Shown piece after piece: positions 39,404 through 47,009 of a stretch of DNA of 64,000 nucleotides. The stretch spans positions 128,250 through 192,249 of the forward strand of contig JBLNCA010000006.1 in the NCBI GenBank assembly GCA_050260375.1. The letters are read 5' to 3'. The DNA is from Burkholderiales bacterium (GTDB lineage Bacteria; Bacillota; Clostridia; Christensenellales; SZUA-584). The first letter of the stretch is position 1; each line of letters opens with the position of its first letter. Below the pieces are notes generated by a model. That model worked only from the letters and a program-made list of their open reading frames with translations. It searched no databases and had not been told where the DNA came from. Made by a program: the position numbers and the translations under genes.

Positions 39404-40328
39404 TCTGGGAAACGTTATTACCAATCAAAGCCCTCCTTTTCAGCATGTCTGCAAACGCCTCGATGCGCGTATTGAATGCGGCTTCGCCCGTATGCTCGTC
39501 CAGCTTAAGCACCATAAAAGGAAAGTCGCCCACCGCGCCGCGGATAAGCTCGATAACTACGGAGTCCACGCCGCAGGAGAACGCCGAAACGTATACTATG
39601 CCATGAGTACTGCCGCTTTTATAAAGATGAACTGCTGAGCCGTAATACTGCTGTGCAAAATACCAGAACGGCTTTTTAAACAGCATGCCGACTTCACGCT
39701 TTATGTCGGCTTCAGCCACGCTGTCAGGCGTAACCACCCCTATGTTTAACCGGCCGAGTTTCTCAATGAGGTTCATATTGATAAACGGGTCGCTCAAGTT
39801 GTATATATGCCCCGTAAGAGCGGCTTTAAAGGCGTATCCGCAATCTTTGGCGTCCGTTTTCTTTTTTTTCTGCTCGGCAAGCGCATGCTTAAAGGCGCTA
39901 TAAATCTCTTTTTTATTGCGAGTTAACGGGCGGGCTGTATTTACGGCCCATTCGAACAGCTTATTTTCGCTTAACGAAAAAATTGGCTCGCCGATAATAT
40001 GCGGAATGCCGGGAACGCTGTTTTTTATCATTTCAATAAGCCCGCAGAACATCGGACAGATATATTTTTTATCCTCGATAGTGACAAAGCGCGGGATAAG
40101 CACCGCGTCGCATTTTCCGCGCAGCCAGGAAACATGGCCGTGAAACACCTTTATTGGCAGACAGGCGTCGTCTACGCATAGCTTTACTCCTTCGTCGAGT
40201 ATCTGCTTGTTGGTGTCGGGAGAAACCACTATCTCGGCTCCGAGGCGCGTTAGGAAAGCCTGCGCGAATATATGATATTTTGAGTATAACAACCCTTTCG
40301 GAATACCTATCTTCATAAATACACCCAT
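39366..40328 (-). CDS. acyl-CoA dehydratase activase-related protein (DUF2229-like, paralogue 1)
   Basis: 320 aa (the start may be ATG 40316, MKIGIPKG). Motifs include DDACLPIKVFHGH and CPMFCGL. It overlaps the next gene by 38-59 nt. Confidence 0.6.
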   Translation of the reverse strand: MGVFMKIGIPKGLLYSKYHIFAQAFLTRLGAEIVVSPDTNKQILDEGVKLCVDDACLPIKVFHGHVSWLRGKCDAVLIPRFVTIEDKKYICPMFCGLIEMIKNSVPGIPHIIGEPIFSLSENKLFEWAVNTARPLTRNKKEIYSAFKHALAEQKKKKTDAKDCGYAFKAALTGHIYNLSDPFINMNLIEKLGRLNIGVVTPDSVAEADIKREVGMLFKKPFWYFAQQYYGSAVHLYKSGSTHGIVYVSAFSCGVDSVVIELIRGAVGDFPFMVLKLDEHTGEAAFNTRIEAFADMLKRRALIGNNVSQNGQRLPCGQSVV

Positions 40329-40423
40329 TCAAACTTATATTAAACTTCTGCATGCAAAATATACGCCGGAAAAGCTCTTGCGTTAAAATGCACTTTAGGA
40401 CACTAAAATGTTTATTGACGAAG

Positions 40424-40452
40424 GAAAAAATGAGCCGATGCTATCGGCTCAT
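40424..40452 (-). terminator. intrinsic terminator at the distal end of the AT-rich tract
   Basis: The minus strand reads ATGAGCCGAT-AGC-ATCGGCTCAT followed by TTTTTTCC. Confidence 0.7.
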
Positions 40453-40862
40453 TTATGGGAGATGACAGGCCTCACAGCTCATGAACTATGTCAGATACCG
40501 CATGGCCTTTGATGCAGGTTATTATAAACGGTTAAACCGTTTAAGAAATCTTGATATACCCTCAATAATATAAACTCTCCATACGCTCAAAAAGTTACAA
40601 CTTTTTTTATTTTAATTTTCGAGAACATATATCAGCGTAAGGAATACACTTTATGTTAAATATATAATCCGATTAACAAGAATTGAAACATAATACCAAA
40701 TAATAAAATTAAATGGGTTTACGACCAGAATAAAATGGTTATACCATTTTATAACATGCCCACAATCAGCAATAAATCCATATATACATAATATGTTAAC
40801 ATACTGAATCGAAATATACTATCAGAAAATTCGTGAATTTTTTGTGATTATATATAAAAAAA
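40453..40862. other. ~410-bp non-coding tract of very low G+C
   Basis: My hand counts on three 60-nt lines (40561-40740) give 23-28% G+C, against about 50% or more in the flanks. The track shows no ORF of 60 aa or longer lying mainly within it; two ORFs (40822-41217, 40844-41095) only reach its right edge. A small palindrome AAACGG-TTAAA-CCGTTT lies at 40526-40542. Confidence 0.8.
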
Positions 40863-40888
40863 TTAACTTAGACGACGCTGCGCAGCCA

Positions 40889-41441
40889 CTATACAATCTG
40901 CGTTTTCGCAGGGGTGGAGAGCTCTTTTTGGCGCAGCTGTCCGTAAAGCTTTGCGCCGCCGTTGATAAGGAAGAACAGCAGATAGAACGGCAGGTATATA
41001 AGGAACTGCCATACCCTGTCGCCGCTGAAAGGGCGCAGCAGCGGCCATGCAAAGCGAAAATCGATGCTGCAAGAGGAACAAAAACCAGGTTATAACGCCG
41101 TTGCCCGCCGTCATCCTGAATATGCTTTCCGGCAACGGCATCAGGCCGTGCCCCAGCTGTGTTATAAAAGGATAGGATACGCCGCTGATAAGTATGGCAA
41201 CGAGCGCCGTCTTCCACCTTTTTTGCCTTGTAAGCAGCATTTCGCTGCGCGTATTAACTGGCTGCACGACTGGTGCGAAGAAGCGCGTCCTTGTAAGCAG
41301 CACAAGCAGTGGCATAGTTGAAGCAAGCGCGGCAAGCAGCCCTAATAGCAGCATGCACTCCCTTGCGAGCGCCGTCTGGCTATCGGGAGCAATGGCGGGC
41401 TCAATGCCGAATGATTTTGCGAACCAGTCGACCGCCACCAA
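40889..41441 (-). pseudogene. 5'-truncated, frameshifted remnant of a membrane-protein gene
   Basis: Track ORF 40863-41441 looks membrane-like up to ..GNGVITWFLFLLQ, then turns Arg-rich. Another frame continues plausibly as ..IDFRFAWPLLRPFSGDRVWQFLIYLPFYLLFFLINGGAKLYGQLRQKELSTPAKTQIV, ending at stop 40891-40889. There is no SD or promoter, and it begins directly after the tRNA operon terminator. Confidence 0.6.
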
Positions 41442-41528
41442 CCGGGCATATTACGTTTCCGCCAACCGCACGGGATTTGAGATGGTATGACACAAGTATG
41501 GCACATTCCAAGATTCCAGAAAAAGAAA

Positions 41529-41566
41529 AACCCCGATAAACTAATATCTATCGAGGTATTCATGGT
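41529..41566 (-). terminator. intrinsic terminator of the tRNA operon
   Basis: The minus strand reads CCTCGATA-GATATTAGT-TTATCGGGG followed by TTTTTCTTTTTC. Confidence 0.7.
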
Positions 41567-41572
41567 GCGCCC

Positions 41573-41648
41573 TCAGGGACTCGAACCCTGGGCCCATTGA
41601 TTAAGAGTCAATTGCTCTACCAGCTGAGCTAAGGGCGCATATTATCAT
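41573..41648 (-). tRNA. tRNA-Lys (anticodon CTT)
   Basis: The minus strand reads GCGCCCTTAGCTCAGCTGGTAGAGCAATTGACTCTTAATCAATGGGCCCAGGGTTCGAGTCCCTGAGGGCGCACCA. The cloverleaf folds by hand and CCA is encoded. Confidence 0.95.
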
Positions 41649-41689
41649 CTGCGTGTTATAGCCGATGATTATTGACTAATGGAGCGGGT

Positions 41690-41763
41690 GATGGGAATCG
41701 AACCCACGCAACCAGCTTGGAAGGCTGGGACTCTACCGTTGAGCTACACCCGCATAATCGCCC
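41690..41763 (-). tRNA. tRNA-Gly (anticodon TCC)
   Basis: The minus strand reads GCGGGTGTAGCTCAACGGTAGAGTCCCAGCCTTCCAAGCTGGTTGCGTGGGTTCGATTCCCATCACCCGCTCCA. Confidence 0.95.
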
Positions 41764-41826
41764 CAACCACCGGCCTAAAGGGGCTTTGCGTACCGCCTCG
41801 ACCTTCTCTTCGAGGCTTCCGCTAAA

Positions 41827-41901
41827 TGGAGCGGAAGACGGGATTCGAACCCGCGACTTCGACCTTGGCAAGGTCGCACTCTACCACTGAGTCACTCCCG
41901 C
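41827..41901 (-). tRNA. tRNA-Gly (anticodon GCC)
   Basis: The minus strand reads GCGGGAGTGACTCAGTGGTAGAGTGCGACCTTGCCAAGGTCGAAGTCGCGGGTTCGAATCCCGTCTTCCGCTCCA. Confidence 0.95.
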
Positions 41902-41910
41902 TTGTATCGG

Positions 41911-41995
41911 TGGTGCGGGCGAAGAGATTTGAACTCCCACGCCGTATGGCACTAGATCCTAAGTCTAGCGCGTCTGCCAATTCCGCCACGCCCGC
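41911..41995 (-). tRNA. tRNA-Leu (anticodon TAG)
   Basis: The minus strand reads GCGGGCGTGGCGGAATTGGCAGACGCGCTAGACTTAGGATCTAGTGCCATACGGCGTGGGAGTTCAAATCTCTTCGCCCGCACCA. It has a long variable arm. Confidence 0.95.
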
Positions 41996-42033
41996 AGACC
42001 GGATCGAACGGCCATTTTTTCAGGCACTTTGGT

Positions 42034-42062
42034 ATTCTAACACCTAAGAATCCATTAGTCAA
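42034..42062 (-). promoter_or_regulatory. sigma-A-type promoter of the tRNA operon
   Basis: The minus strand has TTGACT (42062-42057), a 17-nt spacer, then TAGAAT (42039-42034). This is about 40 nt upstream of tRNA-Leu. Confidence 0.6.
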
Positions 42063-42108
42063 TATCATATTTATTAACAAATACGGCTTATAAAACGATG
42101 ATTATTTT

Positions 42109-42615
42109 TTAATCTTCGACGGCTCTGCCGCAGCACTTTTTGTACTTTTTGCCGCTGCCGCAGGGACACGGAGAGTTGCGCCCTACCTTTTCGGAAACGG
42201 CCTGTTTGTCGCTGCGCCATCTGTCGCGTATCTGCCTTCTTTTCTCTTCGGAGAAAATATCGTCCCATTCGGGCAGAGTATACAGCCATTTGGCCTTTGC
42301 TTCGAGCATGTTGTAGTAGAGCTTTTCAAAGTCTACTTTAAGGGATATATCCGAACCCTCTTTCAGCTTTTCGAGGTCGTATTCTTTTACAAGGCTTGTA
42401 TTGATGCCGTCCATAAAGCCCGCGAACACCGTATCGTCCATTCCGAATTCGGAGGCGAGCGAAGAAAGCTTGCCCTCAAAGAAGTTCTCTTTGCGCGCAA
42501 GTATCTTCTTATACGCCTCTTTCTCGATAGCAAAATACTCGTCCCAAAACGCCTTGTATTCCTTGGGCGTCATCTCGGTGTTTGTAAGATCGCGCCATTT
42601 GCTTATTAAACTCAT
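42109..42615 (-). CDS. SEC-C motif-containing protein
   Basis: 168 aa with a C-terminal SecA-type zinc motif [14 protein letters not shown]. Its ATG overlaps the icd stop (ATGA). Confidence 0.8.
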   Translation of the reverse strand: MSLISKWRDLTNTEMTPKEYKAFWDEYFAIEKEAYKKILARKENFFEGKLSSLASEFGMDDTVFAGFMDGINTSLVKEYDLEKLKEGSDISLKVDFEKLYYNMLEAKAKWLYTLPEWDDIFSEEKRRQIRDRWRSDKQAVSEKVGRNSPCPCGSGKKYKKCCGRAVED

Positions 42616-43832
42616 TTTTCCCCCATAAACATATCAAGATTGTTTTTTATAGCTTTAATAAACTCTTCAGTACCGACTTTGCGCTTGTTCTCAAGTTCGC
42701 TGAGCAGGTAAAGGTCGCCCGTCATTACGCCCTCCTCTATCGTGTAAAGCGAGGCTTTCTCGAGCTTGTCGGCAAAGCGTATAAGCTCGTCGTTTCCGTC
42801 GAGCTCTCCGCGCTTGCGCAGCGCGCCCGTCCAAGCTAATATCGTGGCCATGCTGTTGGTTGACGTCTCTTTGCCTTCCATATGCCTGTAATAGTGCTTT
42901 GTGACGGTGCCGTGTGCGGCTTCAAACTCGTAATAGCCGTCGGGCGACACAAGCACGGACGTCATCATAGCGAGGCTGCCGTAAGCAGTCGCCACCATGT
43001 CGGACATTACGTCGCCGTCATAGTTCATGCAGGCCCATATAAACCCGCCCTTGCTGCGTATTACGCGGGCAACGGCGTCGTCGATAAGCGTGTAAAAGTA
43101 TACTATGCCTTCCTTTTGAAACTGCTTTTCATACGAACGCTCGAACACTTCCTGGAATATATCCTTGAATCTGTGATGGTAGTGCTTTGATATGGTGTCC
43201 TTGGTCGCGAACCATATGTCCTGATGCGTGTCGAGCGCATAGTTGAAGCAGCATTTTGCAAAATTTTCAATGGACTCCGTAGTATTGAACATGCCCATGG
43301 CCACTCCCCCGCGCGCACCAAACGTTGCTATGGGCTTTCTTATTTCGCTGCCGTCCTTGTTAGTAATTACGAGCTCGGCGGTGGCTTTGCCGTCTATAAC
43401 GACGTCCTGAGCGCTGTATATGTCTCCGAACGCGTGGCGGGCCACTGTTATCGGCTTCTGCCACGTTCTTACCGACGGAGATATGCCCCTTGCCAGTATA
43501 GGCTTTCTGAACACCGTCCCGTCGAGTATGGCGCGTATAGTGCCGTTGGGGCTTTTCCACATCTGTTTAAGCCCGTATTCCTGCACCCTTTGCATGTTGG
43601 GCGTTATTGTTGCGCATTTTACGCCTACGCCGTACTTTTTGATGGCGTTCGCGGCGTCGTGGGTTATTCTGTCATTGGTAGCGTCTCTCTCAGGCAGCCC
43701 CAAGTCGTAATACTCGGAATTAAGGTTGACGTAAGGCTCTATAAGATAGTCCTTAATCATCTTCCAGATGATCCTTGTCATCTCGTCTCCGTCCATTTCG
43801 ACCAGAGGAACGGGCATCATTATTTTTGACAT
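42612..43832 (-). CDS. icd: NADP-dependent isocitrate dehydrogenase (eukaryote-like homodimeric type)
   Basis: 406 aa with the N-terminus [22 protein letters not shown] and NYDGDVMSD, typical of the IDH1/IDH2-like subfamily. Confidence 0.94.
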   Translation of the reverse strand: MSKIMMPVPLVEMDGDEMTRIIWKMIKDYLIEPYVNLNSEYYDLGLPERDATNDRITHDAANAIKKYGVGVKCATITPNMQRVQEYGLKQMWKSPNGTIRAILDGTVFRKPILARGISPSVRTWQKPITVARHAFGDIYSAQDVVIDGKATAELVITNKDGSEIRKPIATFGARGGVAMGMFNTTESIENFAKCCFNYALDTHQDIWFATKDTISKHYHHRFKDIFQEVFERSYEKQFQKEGIVYFYTLIDDAVARVIRSKGGFIWACMNYDGDVMSDMVATAYGSLAMMTSVLVSPDGYYEFEAAHGTVTKHYYRHMEGKETSTNSMATILAWTGALRKRGELDGNDELIRFADKLEKASLYTIEEGVMTGDLYLLSELENKRKVGTEEFIKAIKNNLDMFMGEK

Positions 43833-43960
43833 AGCCTCTCCTTTATATGTAAAAATAAAAACAGTTACTGAATCACCCGTAACATTCTAAAGCAACAGTC
43901 AAGAAAACTCAAGCATATTTATAACTATACATCATACGTTTATGTTTATTTAGTGCGTAG

Positions 43961-44004
43961 TACGGGGTCCCCAAAAAGACGTGAGGCTTTTTGGGGCGTG
44001 TATA
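43961..44004 (+). repeat. GGGGTCCCC hairpin repeat, intergenic reference copy
   Basis: The sequence is TACGGGGTCCCC-AAAAAG-ACGTGAGG-CTTTTT-GGGGCGTGTAT, giving a 10-bp stem CCCCAAAAAG/CTTTTTGGGG. It lies between the EF-G paralogue terminator and the icd promoter region. Confidence 0.88.
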
Positions 44005-44036
44005 ACACAACAGCCGCCCAAAACGTTGAGCGGCTG
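44004..44036 (-). terminator. intrinsic terminator after the EF-G paralogue (weak U-tract)
   Basis: The minus strand reads CAGCCGC-TCAACGTTTTGG-GCGGCTG followed by TTGTGTT. Confidence 0.45.
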
Positions 44037-44062
44037 CTTTAGTATATTCCATTACGAAGTAT

Positions 44063-46141
44063 TTACGCTTCTTCGGCTTCCTTTTTCGCCGCTTCTATAA
44101 CTTTTTCAGCGAGGTTGGCCGGCATCTCTTCGTAGCGCTCAAACGTCATTGTAAACGAGCCTCTCGCGTGGGACATCGACCGCAAATCCGTTGCGTATTT
44201 GAATATTTCGGCGAGCGGTACTTCCGCCGAAACCTCCTGATTGCCGCCTACGGGATTCATGCCGAGTATCCTGCCGCGGCGCCTGTTGATATCGCCTATT
44301 ATGTCTCCCATATATTCGTCGGGTATCGTCACTACAAGCTTGTATATCGGCTCTAAAAGCACCGGGTTAGCTTCCGAACAGCCTTTTTTATATGCAAGGC
44401 TCGCCGCTATTTTGAACGCCATTTCCGACGAGTCAACCGGATGGTACGATCCGTCGTACAGCGTAGCGCGAAAATTAACCATAGGATAACCCGCGAGCAC
44501 GCCCTTTGTCATAGCTTCGCGCAGGCCCTTTTCCACTGCCGGTATGTACTGCCGCGGAACAACGCCGCCGACTATCTTGTCAACGAACTCAAAGGTTTCG
44601 GTCGAATCATACAACGGCTCGAATTCTATCCAGACATCCCCGAACTGGCCGTGGCCGCCCGACTGCTTCTTATGCCTGCCCTGCGCCTGCACCTTTTTCT
44701 TTATCGTTTCGCGGTAAGGAATCTTCGGGTCTGAAAGCTGAGCTTCCACGCCGAACTTGTTCTGCAGTTTCTTGCAGATTACCTCGAGGTGAAGCTCCCC
44801 TAAGCCGCTTACAAGCGTATCGGACGTTTCAAGCGACTTAACGACCTTGAACGAGGGGTCTTCCTCCTCAAGCCTGTGCAGCCCGGCGAATACCTTCTCC
44901 TCTTCGCCCTGCTTCTTTGCGGTCACCGCAAGGGATATCGCCGGCTCGGGGAACACCACGTCCGGGAAAATGACGGACTTGCCTTCGTCGCACAGCGTTC
45001 CGCCCGTGTCCGTGTTCTGCAGCTTCGCAATCGCTCCGATATCGCCCGCCGTGAGCTTATCAACGCTTATCTGCTTCTTGCCGCTCATTATGTAAAGCTG
45101 GCCGAACTTCTCGCTCTTGTCGGTATTGCCGTTCTTTATTGCCTGGCCTGCCGCAAGCTCGCCGCCCAGCACCTTGAATATTGAAAGCTTGCCCACAAAC
45201 GGGTCCGTTACCGTCTTATATACCTGCGCCGCAAAAGGCTTTGACGGGTCGGCGTTATATACTATCTCCTCGCCCTTCGAAGTTTTGCCTTTAACGCTTA
45301 CTATAGCGTCGGGAGACGGCATATACGATACGATGTTATCAAGCAGCAGCGATACTCCCGCGGCCTGAACGGCGGAACCTATAAACACAGGCACTACGTC
45401 GCCAGAGGCTATGCCGACTTTGAGCCCCTTTATAATATCGTCTTTTGAAAGCTCTTCGCCCTCAAAATACTTCTCCATAAGCTTTTCGTCGTTTTCGGCG
45501 GCGTTTTCTATTATAGCGTCCCTTATAGACTTTGCTTTATCCGCAAGGTCCGCAGGTATCTCGGCTTCCTTTAATTTTTTGCCGTCGAACAAGTAAGCCT
45601 TCATTTCCACAACGTCAACTACGCCCTTAAAGTTAAGCCCCTGGCCTATGGGCAGCTGCATCACTGTTATATGCGTGGTGTATTTTTCTTTGAGGCTGTC
45701 GACAACCTTGTCAAAATCCACGTGCTCCTTATCCATCTGGTTGATAAAGAACGCCTTTGCCTTCTTATGCGCAACGCACGAATCCCAGGCCTTTTCAGCG
45801 CCTACGGTTAAGCCGCTCAAGCCGTTAACGAGTATAAGGGCGCTGTCGGCAAGATAATACCCCGAAGTCGCGTCGCCTAAAAAGTCGAAGTATCCGGGCG
45901 TATCGATTATATTTATTTTGACTCCCTTCCATTCAACGGGAGCTAATGAGGAGCTTATCGAAATGTGCCGCTTTATCTCCTCCGGGTCATAGTCCATTAC
46001 GGTGTTTCCGTCTTCGGTCCGTCCCTGTCTGTCGATGGCGCCGCTTAAAAAAAGCATTGCTTCTGCGAGCGTTGTCTTTCCTTCACCTCCATGGCCCACA
46101 AGTGCAATGTTTCTTAATTCGCCTGTCTTGTAATACTTCAT
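44063..46141 (-). CDS. elongation factor G paralogue (EF-G2-like GTPase)
   Basis: About 692 aa from ATG 46141, with a GGAGGG SD. The G-domain motifs are GHGGEGKTT, DTPGYFDF and NQMD. EF-G domains II-V are recognisable (..GELHLEV.., ..YRETI.., ..LLEPIYK..). Confidence 0.88.
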   Translation of the reverse strand: MKYYKTGELRNIALVGHGGEGKTTLAEAMLFLSGAIDRQGRTEDGNTVMDYDPEEIKRHISISSSLAPVEWKGVKINIIDTPGYFDFLGDATSGYYLADSALILVNGLSGLTVGAEKAWDSCVAHKKAKAFFINQMDKEHVDFDKVVDSLKEKYTTHITVMQLPIGQGLNFKGVVDVVEMKAYLFDGKKLKEAEIPADLADKAKSIRDAIIENAAENDEKLMEKYFEGEELSKDDIIKGLKVGIASGDVVPVFIGSAVQAAGVSLLLDNIVSYMPSPDAIVSVKGKTSKGEEIVYNADPSKPFAAQVYKTVTDPFVGKLSIFKVLGGELAAGQAIKNGNTDKSEKFGQLYIMSGKKQISVDKLTAGDIGAIAKLQNTDTGGTLCDEGKSVIFPDVVFPEPAISLAVTAKKQGEEEKVFAGLHRLEEEDPSFKVVKSLETSDTLVSGLGELHLEVICKKLQNKFGVEAQLSDPKIPYRETIKKKVQAQGRHKKQSGGHGQFGDVWIEFEPLYDSTETFEFVDKIVGGVVPRQYIPAVEKGLREAMTKGVLAGYPMVNFRATLYDGSYHPVDSSEMAFKIAASLAYKKGCSEANPVLLEPIYKLVVTIPDEYMGDIIGDINRRRGRILGMNPVGGNQEVSAEVPLAEIFKYATDLRSMSHARGSFTMTFERYEEMPANLAEKVIEAAKKEAEEA

Positions 46142-46374
46142 TATTCCCTCCACGATTACTACCAGTATGATGAAAACGTTACTGATCTCATAATTAAATC
46201 AATTCTAACAGAAAGGCATTAAAAAATAAATAGATTTTTAACTTTGATATAGCATTAACAAAAAATCTGTGTAATAATGACATAAACGGCTTTATGGGAA
46301 GAATTATGCCGGATTGTAATCCCTTAAGCCGGCGTTAAATTTCAAGGGCAACTTTTAAGTCAAGGAGCGTGTTC

Positions 46375-46956
46375 ATGGAAGAGGAAAAGAAAAAACTGAC
46401 CGATACGCAGCTGAGAATCGTTCAGGCAATAGCGGGCGTGCTGTGCGCGGCGGCGCTTATGGTTACTATAGCGCTGTCTTCTCAGCTTCAGGGCATACTG
46501 TCGTATGCTTTTCTTGTGATATTTCTTATCATAACGTTCGGCCGCAGATGGGTTGAAAACAAATACATGATAAGGCTTAACTTTTTTAACCTTGTTCTTA
46601 TTGACGGCATACTGGCGGGAATACTCATATTCGTCATTTCAATATTCAACAACCCGACGGTAACAACCAGTATTTCCGAAACTGCGGAACTGCTGATAAT
46701 AATAGGCATAGTACTTGTCATATTAGGGCTCGGCATTGTTTACCCGTATTTAAGATACCGTAAGCGCCTGGAAAACGGTACCGTCATACCGATACGGATA
46801 CCCGAAAAAACGGAAGAGGAAAAGGAAGCGGAAAGCAAGGCAAGCGCGGCGTCCGGCCCGTCTTCAATATACAAGCAGATGGCGGAGATGGCAAAAGAGC
46901 TGGAGGAAAAGGACGCTGCAAGCAAGCCCGCGGAAAACGACGGCGAAAACCAATAG
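46375..46956 (+). CDS. hypothetical membrane protein (4 TM) with a charged C-terminal tail
   Basis: ATG 46375 follows an AAGGAG SD. Four hydrophobic segments are followed by an E/K-rich tail. I recognise no family. Confidence 0.55.
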   Translation: MEEEKKKLTDTQLRIVQAIAGVLCAAALMVTIALSSQLQGILSYAFLVIFLIITFGRRWVENKYMIRLNFFNLVLIDGILAGILIFVISIFNNPTVTTSISETAELLIIIGIVLVILGLGIVYPYLRYRKRLENGTVIPIRIPEKTEEEKEAESKASAASGPSSIYKQMAEMAKELEEKDAASKPAENDGENQ

Positions 46957-46976
46957 TTAAAATCAAAGCATATGAA

Positions 46977-46998
46977 AACGCCCGCGGATGCGGGCGTT
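46977..46998 (-). terminator. hairpin terminator between convergent genes
   Basis: The sequence is AACGCCCGC-GGAT-GCGGGCGTT. On the minus strand it is followed by TTTCATATGCTTTGATTTT. Confidence 0.6.
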
Positions 46999-47009
46999 GC
47001 TGATATCGC

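Noticed and set aside
39366-39424. The overlap of the two DUF2229-like genes considered as a programmed or accidental frameshift within one fused gene.
   Set aside because: Both ORFs have plausible ends, and an ATG (39403) follows shortly. Without homologue alignments or read data I cannot tell a real overlap from an indel. It is noted in the finding instead.
40749-40802. 17-codon hydrophobic mini-ORF (MLTYYVYMDLLLIVGML) on the minus strand of the AT-rich tract, considered as a possible type I toxin.
   Set aside because: It has no SD, no recognisable antisense RNA partner or promoter, and AT-rich DNA yields such ORFs by chance. It cannot be supported from the sequence alone.
41441-41572. A search for a direct repeat of the tRNA-Lys 3' end (attL/attR) in 40330-41572, which would indicate an integrated element.
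   Set aside because: I found no copy of GGGTTCGAGTCCCTGAGGGCGCACCA or a substantial part of it by eye. An island origin therefore remains inference from composition only.
41656-42047. Three 71-73-aa ORFs across 41656-42047, plus ORF 41342-41563.
   Set aside because: The three ORFs are fully explained by four tRNA genes. ORF 41342-41563 is explained by the tRNA operon terminator and the flank of the gene remnant.
45855-45885. CCCCGAAGTCGCGTCGCC inside the EF-G paralogue gene, which shares AAGTCGCG with the repeat loop region at 52809-52816.
   Set aside because: It has only an 8-mer match, no GGGGTCCCC box and no complementary arm. It is most likely coincidence within coding sequence.
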